Assembly (NCBI GenBank): GCA_963729045.1
Contig: CAVSMN010000015.1
Span: 128,001 to 192,000, forward strand
DNA length: 64,000 nucleotides
Direction: 5' to 3'
Source: an uncultured Nitrososphaeraceae archaeon
GTDB lineage: Archaea > Thermoproteota > Nitrososphaeria > Nitrososphaerales > Nitrososphaeraceae
This document shows, piece by piece, positions 11,599 to 21,502 of this stretch. Made by a program: the position numbers and the translations under genes. The first letter of the stretch is position 1, and every line of letters starts with the position of its first letter. The notes under the pieces were generated by a model. It did not search any database. It was not told the DNA's origin and worked only from the letters and a program-made list of their open reading frames with translations.

Positions 11599-14082
11599 TC
11601 AAGTGGTATTTTTCTTGTTGCTATTGCTTGGGATTTTCAAAGGACATTGTGAATTAATACAAAACTCCCATTGGTATCTTTTTCCTTGATTATAACCACT
11701 ACCGGCTATGATAGGCCAACTACATTTTTCACACTTTTTGCCAGTACTTTTTTATTGTACCTTTTTGAGGTAATGGCGATGTAGCCAAGCATTTTGTTGA
11801 TGAATAGTTTGTACAACCTAGCAAATCTTTTTTTTGATTTTATCGCCTTTTTGATCATTAAATTTCCACTCTTGCAAACAGGGCAAGTGCCTAACGTAGC
11901 TAGGGCAGTAGGTTTTCGCGATGGGCTTGTTGTTCTATTTAATTCAAAGGCTAAAGATATTTCTTGGCCAATTTTACTTTCATTGAGATTAAAAGATTGT
12001 ATTGCATCTTTAATTTGGTTTCTTGCCTTTTCTACCACTTGTACACTTGTAGTATTGCCTGATTCAATTTGTTCTAACTGTGTTTCCATGTCTCGTGTTA
12101 GACTCGTTGAAACAATGTTAGGTATGTATTTCTTCATAGAACTTATTATTGCTATTCCAATTTCTGTAGGTCTTAATCCTGATTTTTGGATACCTACATA
12201 TTCAAGTTTGTTTGTTTGTTCCTTTTTATTATTGGAAATAGGAACGCTTTTCGATACCTTTGAATCATAGGTAACGGATTGCTTGGTAGCAGTAGCAGCA
12301 GCAGAGGGTACAAAATTAGTTATATAGTTTCTCTTAAACAATGTACTGATTATTTCAGACCTGGTTGCTTTGGTACCTATTTTTTCCCTTTCCATTTTTT
12401 GTAACAATGTTGATTGATTGTATCTGGGGGGAGGTTGGGTAAATTTTTCTAACAGTTCTATTTTTACATTTTTTAAAATATCGTTTGTTTTTAGAAACGA
12501 TAGTGAGTCCAAATTTACAAAGCCTGATAAATCAAAATAGGGTCTATAGTATTGAATCCATCCTTCAAATACAATTTTTTTCTCCTCTGCCTTAAAAGTA
12601 AATTTGTCTTTAACTGTTATTGTGATAGTAGTTTGACTAGATAATGCCTCCTTCCCAAATGAAGAGAAAAATCTCCTGATTATCAGATCTAACAGTTTTA
12701 ATTCTGTATCTTGAAGATTTTGTTTTGGTTTTTGGCCTGTTGGATATATGGCGGGGTGTGCAGGATCAGTCTCTTTTCCTTCATTTGGTTTAAGGGCCTT
12801 GTTGGCTAACAATTTTGAAGAGATCTCAGAATAAGAAAGAATTGATTTAGTTTTGTTACCATATGAATTATTTTGATGTAAATTATTATCTTGTTTTGAA
12901 ACTGCTTTGATGATTTTTTCATAATTAATTGAAGGAGGCAACTTTTGGCTTGATGTTCTTGGATATGAAATAAGGGCAGCCAGGTATAATTTTTCAGCGA
13001 TTGAAAGGGTGAAACTTGGGGTAAACCTAAAAAGCCTATAGGCTTCTTTTTGAAGGTCTCCAAGGTTAAAGGGAATTGGAGGCTTTATTGATGTTTTTTG
13101 AATATTAATGTCTGTTACTTTACCGAGTTGATTTTTGCAAGAGTTGATTATGTTTTCGGCAGTTGACTTTGAATCGATTTTTTGAGGATAATAATAGGTT
13201 TTGATGATCTGATTACTCTTTATCAAAATCCGCTGTAACATTCCAATAGGGTTCAAATATGTGATTTTCAATTTCCTTTTCCCTTTCTACAACAAATGCG
13301 AGAGTGGGGCCCTGGACTCTGCCTATCGATAATTGTAGATAACCATTCTTCTTTTCTTCTGATGAATCTTTCTTCTTGACGGAATTGGTAAGGGCTCTTG
13401 AAAGATTTATTCCATAAATGAAATCTATCATATGTCGGGATGTCCCTGCATCCTTTAGCTTTTCATTGGGAGGTAACAAATTGTTAAACGATTGTATTAT
13501 TTCTTCATCTGTAAGTGATGAAAATTTGGCTCGCTTTGAAATAGAGTATTTGTTGTTACACGCGTGCTCTAGTATGTTGTACCCTATGACTTCTCCTTCT
13601 TGGTCATAATCGCAGGCATGGATAAAGCCTGCAGCATTTTTAGATATTTGAGAAATTTCCCTTAATATTTTCTCAATCTTGAAAGCCAAAAATTTTGAAC
13701 CTGATCCTTTACTTTTTAGTATGGACAATGGTAACCATGTTGGATCAAGAACTGGGAATGCTTTTTTAGGTCCTTTATTAGAATCCGACAGTCCGTATAG
13801 ATGCCCTAATGCATGACAGATGATATAATTTTGACCATTCATCCCCCTAATAGTAGTAAATAATGTGGAAGATGTAGGTGGTGATGGTGAAAGTGTTGAT
13901 GATGATCTATTTTTTTGTTCTTGGTCTAAAGATTTGTCTGAATAATTATTATTGTGATGGTGATAATGCTGTACTGAGTGCTTGTGCAATTCGTTTTGCA
14001 ACAGAAGGTTTTTCACATATTACAACTATGGATTTATTTGCGATAGGAAAAGCACCAACCTGTGTAAATTATTAGGTTTCAT
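11599..14082 (-). CDS. topA: DNA topoisomerase IA with C-terminal zinc ribbons; about 5 frameshifts
   Basis: TOPRIM start VICEKPSVAKRIA (about 14030-13990, separate frame), HALGHL, ACDYDQEGEVIG, GRVQGPTL, active-site ISYPRT, AHPAIYPT, GTKATR, CPVC and CEKC ribbons. Confidence 0.92.
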
Positions 14083-14183
14083 TTCTTTTATAAATACCGG
14101 TTATTAGTTTATTGATAAATAAAATTACTAATTTATTAATAAAGATAGGTGATAACCCTTCCTTAAATCATCAAGAAAGTTTT

Positions 14184-14771
14184 CTATCTCCATTTCCAGA
14201 CCTTGGTAAGACCATTTCCCTCAGGGTCTACTGTTTTCTTGTAAATGCCAAATAAATTATCAAATTGTGTATAAAGTGAGTCTGTTGAATTCGAGGATAA
14301 GCTTGTAGAATTTGCTGAATTCATTTTGAAAGGCAAGTGGAAGACCATTATCCCACTATCTGAGAAACTTCCATCAGGATTGTAGTTACCTATTGATTCA
14401 GATCTGTAAGTTATGACTTGACCTGATGCTGTCAATATTATTGCTTGACCTTTAGAGGAAACTGTCCCATCATTATTCATCTTATCTACTATTGTACCTA
14501 TAGTTTGGGTTGGCGCTCCACCAATAGTACTGTTACCAGTATAAGTAACTTCAACAGTTGGAATGGGATCAATACTTGATACTTTAATGTTTGTTGATTT
14601 AGTATTTTCTGTATAAAATGGACTACCTAGTATATCGTAGTCATCCATGGTTGATAGATTAGAGTTAGAACTGTTTGCTTCTAAGGAACCAGTTTGACCA
14701 AAAGTGGATGATACGGCTGAAACTGACTCTATTATCATGAAAGAAGCCAATAGAAATACTACTAATAACAA
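14184..14771 (-). CDS. Secreted hypothetical protein
   Basis: Signal peptide, Ser/Thr/Asn-rich, ends in KVWKWR, a style of ending recalled from Nitrososphaeraceae hypotheticals. Confidence 0.65.
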   Translation of the reverse strand: MLLVVFLLASFMIIESVSAVSSTFGQTGSLEANSSNSNLSTMDDYDILGSPFYTENTKSTNIKVSSIDPIPTVEVTYTGNSTIGGAPTQTIGTIVDKMNNDGTVSSKGQAIILTASGQVITYRSESIGNYNPDGSFSDSGIMVFHLPFKMNSANSTSLSSNSTDSLYTQFDNLFGIYKKTVDPEGNGLTKVWKWR

Positions 14772-14982
14772 GAAACAAAGATATTCTTCTTAATGAATCA
14801 CTTAACATTGTACATTTAGTTTCTGATTCAATCATTATAGAAAAATCATATTAGGAAAATATAAAGGTTTAAGGAACTTCTTTTTACCTAATCACGTCTA
14901 TACCACATTGCTTGCCCTAATTATTGACCTAGGTCCTAATTTAAGTAAATATATTACGAATCCTTACCAGACGTTGACATAT

Positions 14983-17751
14983 TCATGAAATGGATCTTGA
15001 TTCAGAATTAATTAACAAGGGTTTGCTTGCCCATGTATGTATCCATTCTCTCACGATGTTTGCACTGTGTTCAGCCTTTCTTCTGACAAATCCGTCTAAA
15101 TCATTTTTTGCGACATCTATAAGCACTTCAATAGTTTCATACGTTCTCTTATCCGGTATAGTGTGAAATTTACCGTCTTTATCTGCCAGTGCAGAACATG
15201 CATTTATCTTTATCTTTCGTCTATCATCTCTTAACAAATCCTTAAGTCTGTTAAAGACCGCCTGGTTCATAGCACTGGTGTCGGCGTTTGCTGTGTCATT
15301 CTTGTTGATCAAAAACTTGGCCAAATTTGATGTCGCTTTTGCTCTAATAAAGTAGTCCTTTGATTCGAGTGTATTCTCTAGAAAAAAATGAGCTACCTCA
15401 ATGTTTATCTTGTAATCTCTATCCGTTGCTAACTCTTTTAGTCCTTCCAGAGCCCCAGTGGCTAAAACGCTTTGAAAGGTATCTGTTCCTTCAACAAGGT
15501 TTTTTAAAAGGGAAATTACTTGGACTTTATTCTCTATCGACTCTAAGTCCTTGCTGCTTTTTCCTAGTGCCGTTGCGGCGGAGGATTTTACAAAATTACT
15601 TTCGTCATTGGATTTGTGAATTAGATCTTTAAGCAGACTAATTGATTCAACTCTTTCAAATGTCCCAATATTTCTTATAATTGCTTTTTTGGTCTCTGAT
15701 CGTAAAGCATCAAAGGTTGATTTATTATTTAATATTGAAACTAAACACTGATATGAATTATCAGATTTTTCATAATCATTTTTATCATAAAAAGAACCAA
15801 TTGTATTAGTAGCCTCAACGGCTACTCCGTAAAATTTGTCCTGAACAATAGCATCGTATAATGCTCTAATTCCATCTTCTGAATATTGATTCTTAAGTAA
15901 TCTTATGGCGTTAATTCTTTCTATAATGGTTTCTCCATATTTCATCTGATTATAAAGCAGTCTTTTTAATTGAAAGTCTCTGGTTTCATTTACTACTTTA
16001 ATGGAACTTATTTCTTTTAGAATCTTAAACTCTGGATCAATGGATATGGATTCAATATTTGAATTATTGTCTATCTCAACAAACAACTCTGAATCATTAT
16101 TATCCACATTCATTATATGCACCAGGTGACTTTTTTGTCCCGATTTATCTACAATATTTATTTTAAATTCCAATTGAAATTGATAATATCTAGAGGAATC
16201 TTCATAGCTTTCATAATTGTTTTTCTGTAGGGTTTTGATTTTTAACTTTTGAGAATTTATACTATCTTTCTCTATTAAATTATTACGTGTCAGAGTGTAC
16301 TCAATTTCCAATTTAGGATGACCTTCTCTGTAAATCCATTGATCAAAAAATGATGCCATTTCTCTACCTGAGACTTCTTCAAGTACTTTGAGTAGGTCAA
16401 GTGAATCAGCCGATCTATTCTGGTATTTTTCCAAATAGACTTTAAGTGATTTTCTAAAATTCTGCTCTCCTATATGATTTCGAATCATATGGAGGATAAA
16501 ACCTGATTTTTCATATGAATGGGCATCAAACAAATCGTCTACATGTTTATATATATTAGTAACAATTGGTCTGTCATAGAGTTTATTTGATTCATCAAAA
16601 TAAATATCTGTAGCTTCTATCAAGTTATAGTGGAATTCATCTTTTCCCCGAGAATTTTCCCAATACAAAGATTCACAATAAGTAGCAAATCCTTCATTTA
16701 ACCAGATATGAGGCCAATCCTTGCAAGTAACCATATCTCCAAACCATTGATGTGCAAGCTCGTGAACCACCAAGAAGATATCATTTCTATAGTCTCTAGA
16801 AGCTGTCTTATCATGCAAAACTCTTCTAGTCAAGGTAGTGCAGGTGGTATTTTCCATACCTCCAAACTCAAAATTATCAACCGCTGTCTGTGAGTATTTT
16901 TGAAAAGGGTAATTAGTTTCGAAATATTCTTCAAAGAATTTTAACATTTGCGGAGTCTCAGAAAAAGTTAACATGGCATCTTCTTCCTTGATTTCCTCTG
17001 GCCAGTAATAGTAGAGGGAAACGTCCCTATATTTTGATTCATATTGTGAAAACGTGCCTACCACAACCGAAACAAGGTAAGAAGGAAGGGGTTTCTTTTC
17101 AACATACTTCCAAATTACATATTCATCTTTCATAACTTTTGATTCTAATAATCCATTTGAAATTACCATATACCCTTGTGGTGCGGAAATTTCGATATCC
17201 AAAGTAAATTTGACTTGAGGTGTATCAATAGACGGAAACCAGTAGCGTGATTCAGCTGCTTCACCTTGTGTCCAAGCTTGGTACGATGGAGATTGTTTAT
17301 CTTGATTACCCTTCGTAATAAAGTGAAACCCAGTTTTTGGAGGACCAAATTCTTCTTTGCCTTCAATAATGGTATAGCCGGCAGAATATGAAATATCTAT
17401 AATGATGGTACTTCCGGCTCTAAATTGTTCTAAAAATTCTATAACAACTTGTTTGTTATCAACGCATCTAAATTTTGAAATATTGATAGACTGTGAATTT
17501 ACCTTTGTAACTTTTAAATCAGAAATATCTAACACGATTTCTGATAAATCATTAAAAGCTCTTATCGTTATTTGCTGTTCGCAATCAATAAGAATATTGT
17601 TCACAAGATCTGGCTTTATCTTTAATGACATATGCTCAATGGTGTAGGACAGGAAGGGAATAGCGTGGATTTTACTTCCAGGAAATGCAAACCTTTTTTT
17701 TTCTGACTCTTTTTTTTCCCTTTCAACAGAATTTTTATTAAATTGTATCAT
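14983..17751 (-). CDS. M1-family zinc aminopeptidase with C-terminal HEAT-like repeats
   Basis: GGMEN, HELAHQWFGD...WLNEGFATY (HExxH-x18-E), helical repeats such as SAATALGK and NACSALAD. Confidence 0.93.
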   Translation of the reverse strand: MIQFNKNSVEREKKESEKKRFAFPGSKIHAIPFLSYTIEHMSLKIKPDLVNNILIDCEQQITIRAFNDLSEIVLDISDLKVTKVNSQSINISKFRCVDNKQVVIEFLEQFRAGSTIIIDISYSAGYTIIEGKEEFGPPKTGFHFITKGNQDKQSPSYQAWTQGEAAESRYWFPSIDTPQVKFTLDIEISAPQGYMVISNGLLESKVMKDEYVIWKYVEKKPLPSYLVSVVVGTFSQYESKYRDVSLYYYWPEEIKEEDAMLTFSETPQMLKFFEEYFETNYPFQKYSQTAVDNFEFGGMENTTCTTLTRRVLHDKTASRDYRNDIFLVVHELAHQWFGDMVTCKDWPHIWLNEGFATYCESLYWENSRGKDEFHYNLIEATDIYFDESNKLYDRPIVTNIYKHVDDLFDAHSYEKSGFILHMIRNHIGEQNFRKSLKVYLEKYQNRSADSLDLLKVLEEVSGREMASFFDQWIYREGHPKLEIEYTLTRNNLIEKDSINSQKLKIKTLQKNNYESYEDSSRYYQFQLEFKINIVDKSGQKSHLVHIMNVDNNDSELFVEIDNNSNIESISIDPEFKILKEISSIKVVNETRDFQLKRLLYNQMKYGETIIERINAIRLLKNQYSEDGIRALYDAIVQDKFYGVAVEATNTIGSFYDKNDYEKSDNSYQCLVSILNNKSTFDALRSETKKAIIRNIGTFERVESISLLKDLIHKSNDESNFVKSSAATALGKSSKDLESIENKVQVISLLKNLVEGTDTFQSVLATGALEGLKELATDRDYKINIEVAHFFLENTLESKDYFIRAKATSNLAKFLINKNDTANADTSAMNQAVFNRLKDLLRDDRRKIKINACSALADKDGKFHTIPDKRTYETIEVLIDVAKNDLDGFVRRKAEHSANIVREWIHTWASKPLLINSESRSIS

Positions 17752-18015
17752 ATCTTATTTCTTTTGTCATTTACCAGTAAGCGCTTATTCAAACATAAGT
17801 CTATTGAAATTAGAACGAACTAAGATTTTGAAAATGTGGTCATTTAGTGTTTGTTTGGGGGGCTGACCTTTCTAGTTTACTTTTCAACCCTTTGCTTGTC
17901 GGCGACCTCCATTCATCTAAATCCTCGCACATATCAACAACTTTTAGATGATTCATAATGGAAAGGCTTTGCATAGGAGCACTTGATTTTTAAATGATTG
18001 TTTGGTGATTAACTA

Positions 18016-18774
18016 GTGCTAAACATTTTTGATTTAGCAAATAATGGCCTTCCTTATCCACTCACAAAGGACATTCTTATTTTGTACAAGCAAGTGAGCA
18101 AGCAATATTTGGATAAGGCTCTACTTGAATCCATTAGGATGTTAGTGCCAGTCAAAATTAGAACCGAATTTGATATGGCAGTCGATGGAAACGTAAACTT
18201 GATGATACCTATGGCATTGCTGCTTAATTGGTTTAAACAGGATTTTATGAAATGGATGGACAAGAGCCCAGTATGTCCATCATGCAACTTATCATTGAAT
18301 CTCAGATATGTAAAAGGCAATTCTTGGATAGTAAGAGGTGTAGAGTATCATGAATGCCCTAAATGTTCATTTACAGTGGTGTTCCCTCGATATGGCGAAA
18401 TAGAAAATATAGCTTTTAATCGAGTCGGTAGATGCAGTGAATGGACGTTTCTATTTGGGGCTATACTTAGTTCTTTGTCGGTACAATCTAGAATAGTTCA
18501 TGATTTTCTCGATCACTGTTGGAACGAAGCTTTTATTGAAGGTAAATGGATTCATGTGGATTCAACTCTTGAATATCCCATTTCAATCAACCATCCTAAT
18601 TATTATGAAAAAAATTGGAATAAAAAATATCAATACGTGCTAGCGTTTTCAAATACTGAGATAACAGACGTTACAAAAAATTATTCTTTTAATTGGAAAA
18701 CTATCTTTGAACAAAGAAAAAAGCGAAAGAATAGTGATATGTCTAGAATCATAAATTGTTATGAAAAAATATGA
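18016..18774 (+). CDS. Peptide:N-glycanase-like transglutaminase-fold protein
   Basis: LLNWFKQDFMKW, CPSC...CPKC zinc site, FPRY, GRCSEW (Cys), DHCWNE (His), WIHVDS (Asp), NWNKKYQYVLAFS, DVTKNY. Confidence 0.8.
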   Translation: MLNIFDLANNGLPYPLTKDILILYKQVSKQYLDKALLESIRMLVPVKIRTEFDMAVDGNVNLMIPMALLLNWFKQDFMKWMDKSPVCPSCNLSLNLRYVKGNSWIVRGVEYHECPKCSFTVVFPRYGEIENIAFNRVGRCSEWTFLFGAILSSLSVQSRIVHDFLDHCWNEAFIEGKWIHVDSTLEYPISINHPNYYEKNWNKKYQYVLAFSNTEITDVTKNYSFNWKTIFEQRKKRKNSDMSRIINCYEKI

Positions 18775-19287
18775 TTTTTAATTACTTATCCATTCTTTTA
18801 TCACGGAACATGGTTCAAATTCATAGGTGATAGTCTTTCTTAATGATGATCCCTCATTTTTATATTTTTCAAAGTCTGAGAAATTATTCTGATTTTATGC
18901 TCTCAAGCACATCAACATTATGTTTGGTTCATCGGATTGATTCTCAAAATCATTTAATCATTTTTTCTAAAATTATCATCAAAGACTGATCTCCAGTAGC
19001 CTATTTGAGGGTTTCACTCACAATTCCAAAGCTACCTTTTTCCTAAGTTGTAAAATCTGTTTATTTTTATAGTAGATACCTCCAAGCCCTTGAATCTTTT
19101 TACCAAATTTCGGATTACCGCATCTTCTTTGGTCATAGCTACATAACTGATCAATTAAGAATTGATGTCACGTAGATGATAATGAATTTCTCAATTTTGA
19201 TGTATTTTCAATTAATCTACTAAAATAGGTAGTATGGGGACAATCTGAGATTATTAGAATTCACAAAACTTATCAGGTTCTTTTCTA

Positions 19288-19743
19288 TTATTTTTGCTTT
19301 TTTCTATTTGCATTAAGAAATTCTTCTAGTCTTTCTAGCGTTTCGGAATGTAGGTGATGCTCTATGCCCTCGGCATCTGAGTTTGCAATATCCTCTCTCA
19401 CACCTATGAAAGTAAAGAACTCTGTCAATAATTCATGCTTTCTTCTAATATTTTGGGCGACATTTGTCCCTTGTTGGGTTAATCGAACACCTCTGTATTT
19501 TTCATATTCTAAATATCCTGTGGTATCTAATCTTCTCATCATCTTGGTAACACTAGGGGCCGAGACATTCAAACATTCGGTAATATCAACACTGGTAGCA
19601 TATCCTTTTTGTTGGACTAGTTCGTAAATAATCTCAAGATAGTCTTCCATCCTATCTGTACGTTCCTTTCTCTGTGAACTATTGACCTTTTTAATAGAGT
19701 CGATTATTGTGTTTTCTCCAAAAGATGAAGTATTATTTGACAC
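19288..19743 (-). CDS. mntR: DtxR/MntR-family metal-dependent transcriptional regulator
   Basis: MEDYLEIIY, VSAPSVTKM, RRKHELLTEFF, DAEGIEHH. Confidence 0.92.
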   Translation of the reverse strand: MSNNTSSFGENTIIDSIKKVNSSQRKERTDRMEDYLEIIYELVQQKGYATSVDITECLNVSAPSVTKMMRRLDTTGYLEYEKYRGVRLTQQGTNVAQNIRRKHELLTEFFTFIGVREDIANSDAEGIEHHLHSETLERLEEFLNANRKKQK

Positions 19744-19750
19744 TTTCTAG

Positions 19751-19784
19751 TTCACCTAGTTAGTTATATAGAAACCAAGGTTTG
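19751..19784. promoter_or_regulatory. Candidate DtxR/MntR operator pair flanking a TATA-like box upstream of the regulator gene
   Basis: TTCACCTAGTTAG (19751-19763) and GAAACCAAGGTTTG (19771-19784) separated by TTATATA; same layout as 22872-22904. Confidence 0.55.
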
Positions 19785-19810
19785 ATAAAAAACTTTGCAA
19801 GACCATCACA

Positions 19811-21502
19811 CTACACCAGCAATCCTGTTATGTACATTATTAGCAATCCTATGATAAAGCCTGCTATTATTGCCGCACTGGGACTTTTCTCCTGGGAAGC
19901 TAGTAATTTCATTCCGGATCTAGCAGTTTTTTCTCCAAAATCCCCACTTTTGGCGTTGTCAGTCTTACTACTTTGCCTTAATGATTTACTCATCCAGACT
20001 GCGAGGGCATAAACAACCTGAAATATTGCACCTGCTCCAACCGACAAAAATATGATTGAAGCTAATGGGGAATATACAAATCCGCCAATCCAGGTACCTA
20101 AAATAGTAGGAACTCCTGCAATAAGTCCCATTGCAATTAATCGTCTTATCATTAACTTTCCTGTTTTTGCAAGGGGTGCAACGATAGCCAGTCCTTCTGT
20201 TGTATTATGTATTGTAAAGCCGATGATCAAAAAGGTGCTAAGTGCAATTTCACCCAGTAAAACTGCTGCTCCTATTGCCAAGCCCTCTCCGAAATTATGT
20301 AGGCCAATTCCTATTGCAACCATTAGAGATAGAGTAAGTGGCTTGATGATTTCACGCTTATCAATCAATCGGGTCAGTTTTTCTTCTTCTTCTCCTCTTT
20401 TCTTCTTCTCTTCCTTATCCTCTTGTTCATTTTGTGCTAGACCTATTGTATCATTTGAAAGCCGATTTGTCAGGGATATTGATGAAACCGTTGTTTTAGA
20501 CAGGGGTTTGACTGGGGATTTTAGAGAATTATTTTGAGCACTCAAATGATTTGTTTCATTTTGCGCTTTCTCCTCTTTTTCATATTCATACGATAACTTT
20601 GACTCTGCTCTCTTGCCGAAATATTCTGAGAGATAAAATAGTCCGAGGAAAGTCGCAATGATTATGACTGGTATTAAAAGTTGGCCATTAAATGTTGCAG
20701 CTAAATTATTCGCAGCTATTTCGTTACTTTCTAAAAATGCATCAATACCCAAGAATACCAGCAAACCTGCGGTCAAACTCAGAAAGAAATTATACTGATT
20801 TCTTGTTATTTTCCTCAGAAACGGATACCATGCAAGTCCAATTAGTACTGGTATCACACCTACGAATATTCCCAGCATCGCAAATACTGAGAACTGATTG
20901 ATGTTTGGAATTGGAGCAGGAGCAGCAGCCTCAATGACCTTGCTGAATCTTGTCCCGTCCGAAGTAGTTATGCCTACTTCATAAGGTTCTGCTGTGTTCC
21001 AAAAAAAGGGTATTATGACTTTAGCTTCTGAAAGCCTTGGCAATACCTGAGAGGGTTCAATCGCAGCAGATTGTATCCTATCATTAATGTCTGCTTGAGA
21101 AATCGTAACTTGCTCGGGACCCGTATTGCGGATAAAAGCCACCACTTGATTCTGATGAAATTCTACTTTTTCTATAGTTACTTCTGGTAGGGGAACACCA
21201 GTGTTTATCAAGTTTTGACCATATGGGCTAGAAAGAAAATAAATCATACCTGCTAGGATGATCAGCGGTGTAACGGCTAGAACTAATGAAGCAATTTTTC
21301 TTCTTTTTCCTTTGGATGCTTTTGTGTTTGCATTATCTGCGTTGATACCAATAGTGGTTGGCTCTTCTGCATCTGTAATATCTGGTTTACTTTGACTTTG
21401 TCCTTTGATACTGTCAATAGTGTTGGTGGTGGATGTTTTATTTTCCTCGTTCATCCCTAATTCTTCATCCTTTGCTGCTTTTTCTAATTTCTTATCTTTC
21501 AT
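19811..21502 (-). CDS. ZIP-family divalent metal transporter with an N-terminal extracellular domain
   Basis: GIGLHNFGEGLAIG and HNTTEG metal-binding helices, multiple TM segments. Confidence 0.92.
   Translation of the reverse strand: MKDKKLEKAAKDEELGMNEENKTSTTNTIDSIKGQSQSKPDITDAEEPTTIGINADNANTKASKGKRRKIASLVLAVTPLIILAGMIYFLSSPYGQNLINTGVPLPEVTIEKVEFHQNQVVAFIRNTGPEQVTISQADINDRIQSAAIEPSQVLPRLSEAKVIIPFFWNTAEPYEVGITTSDGTRFSKVIEAAAPAPIPNINQFSVFAMLGIFVGVIPVLIGLAWYPFLRKITRNQYNFFLSLTAGLLVFLGIDAFLESNEIAANNLAATFNGQLLIPVIIIATFLGLFYLSEYFGKRAESKLSYEYEKEEKAQNETNHLSAQNNSLKSPVKPLSKTTVSSISLTNRLSNDTIGLAQNEQEDKEEKKKRGEEEEKLTRLIDKREIIKPLTLSLMVAIGIGLHNFGEGLAIGAAVLLGEIALSTFLIIGFTIHNTTEGLAIVAPLAKTGKLMIRRLIAMGLIAGVPTILGTWIGGFVYSPLASIIFLSVGAGAIFQVVYALAVWMSKSLRQSSKTDNAKSGDFGEKTARSGMKLLASQEKSPSAAIIAGFIIGLLIMYITGLLV

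Noticed and set aside
18780..19200. Possible gene or transposase remnant on the minus strand
   Set aside because: Only short stop-interrupted frames, with no recognisable motif or terminal repeats
20052..20537. Antisense and overlapping ORFs in the track (e.g. 20052-20537, 11794-12270, 43104-43511)
   Set aside because: Shadow frames of well-supported genes on the opposite strand
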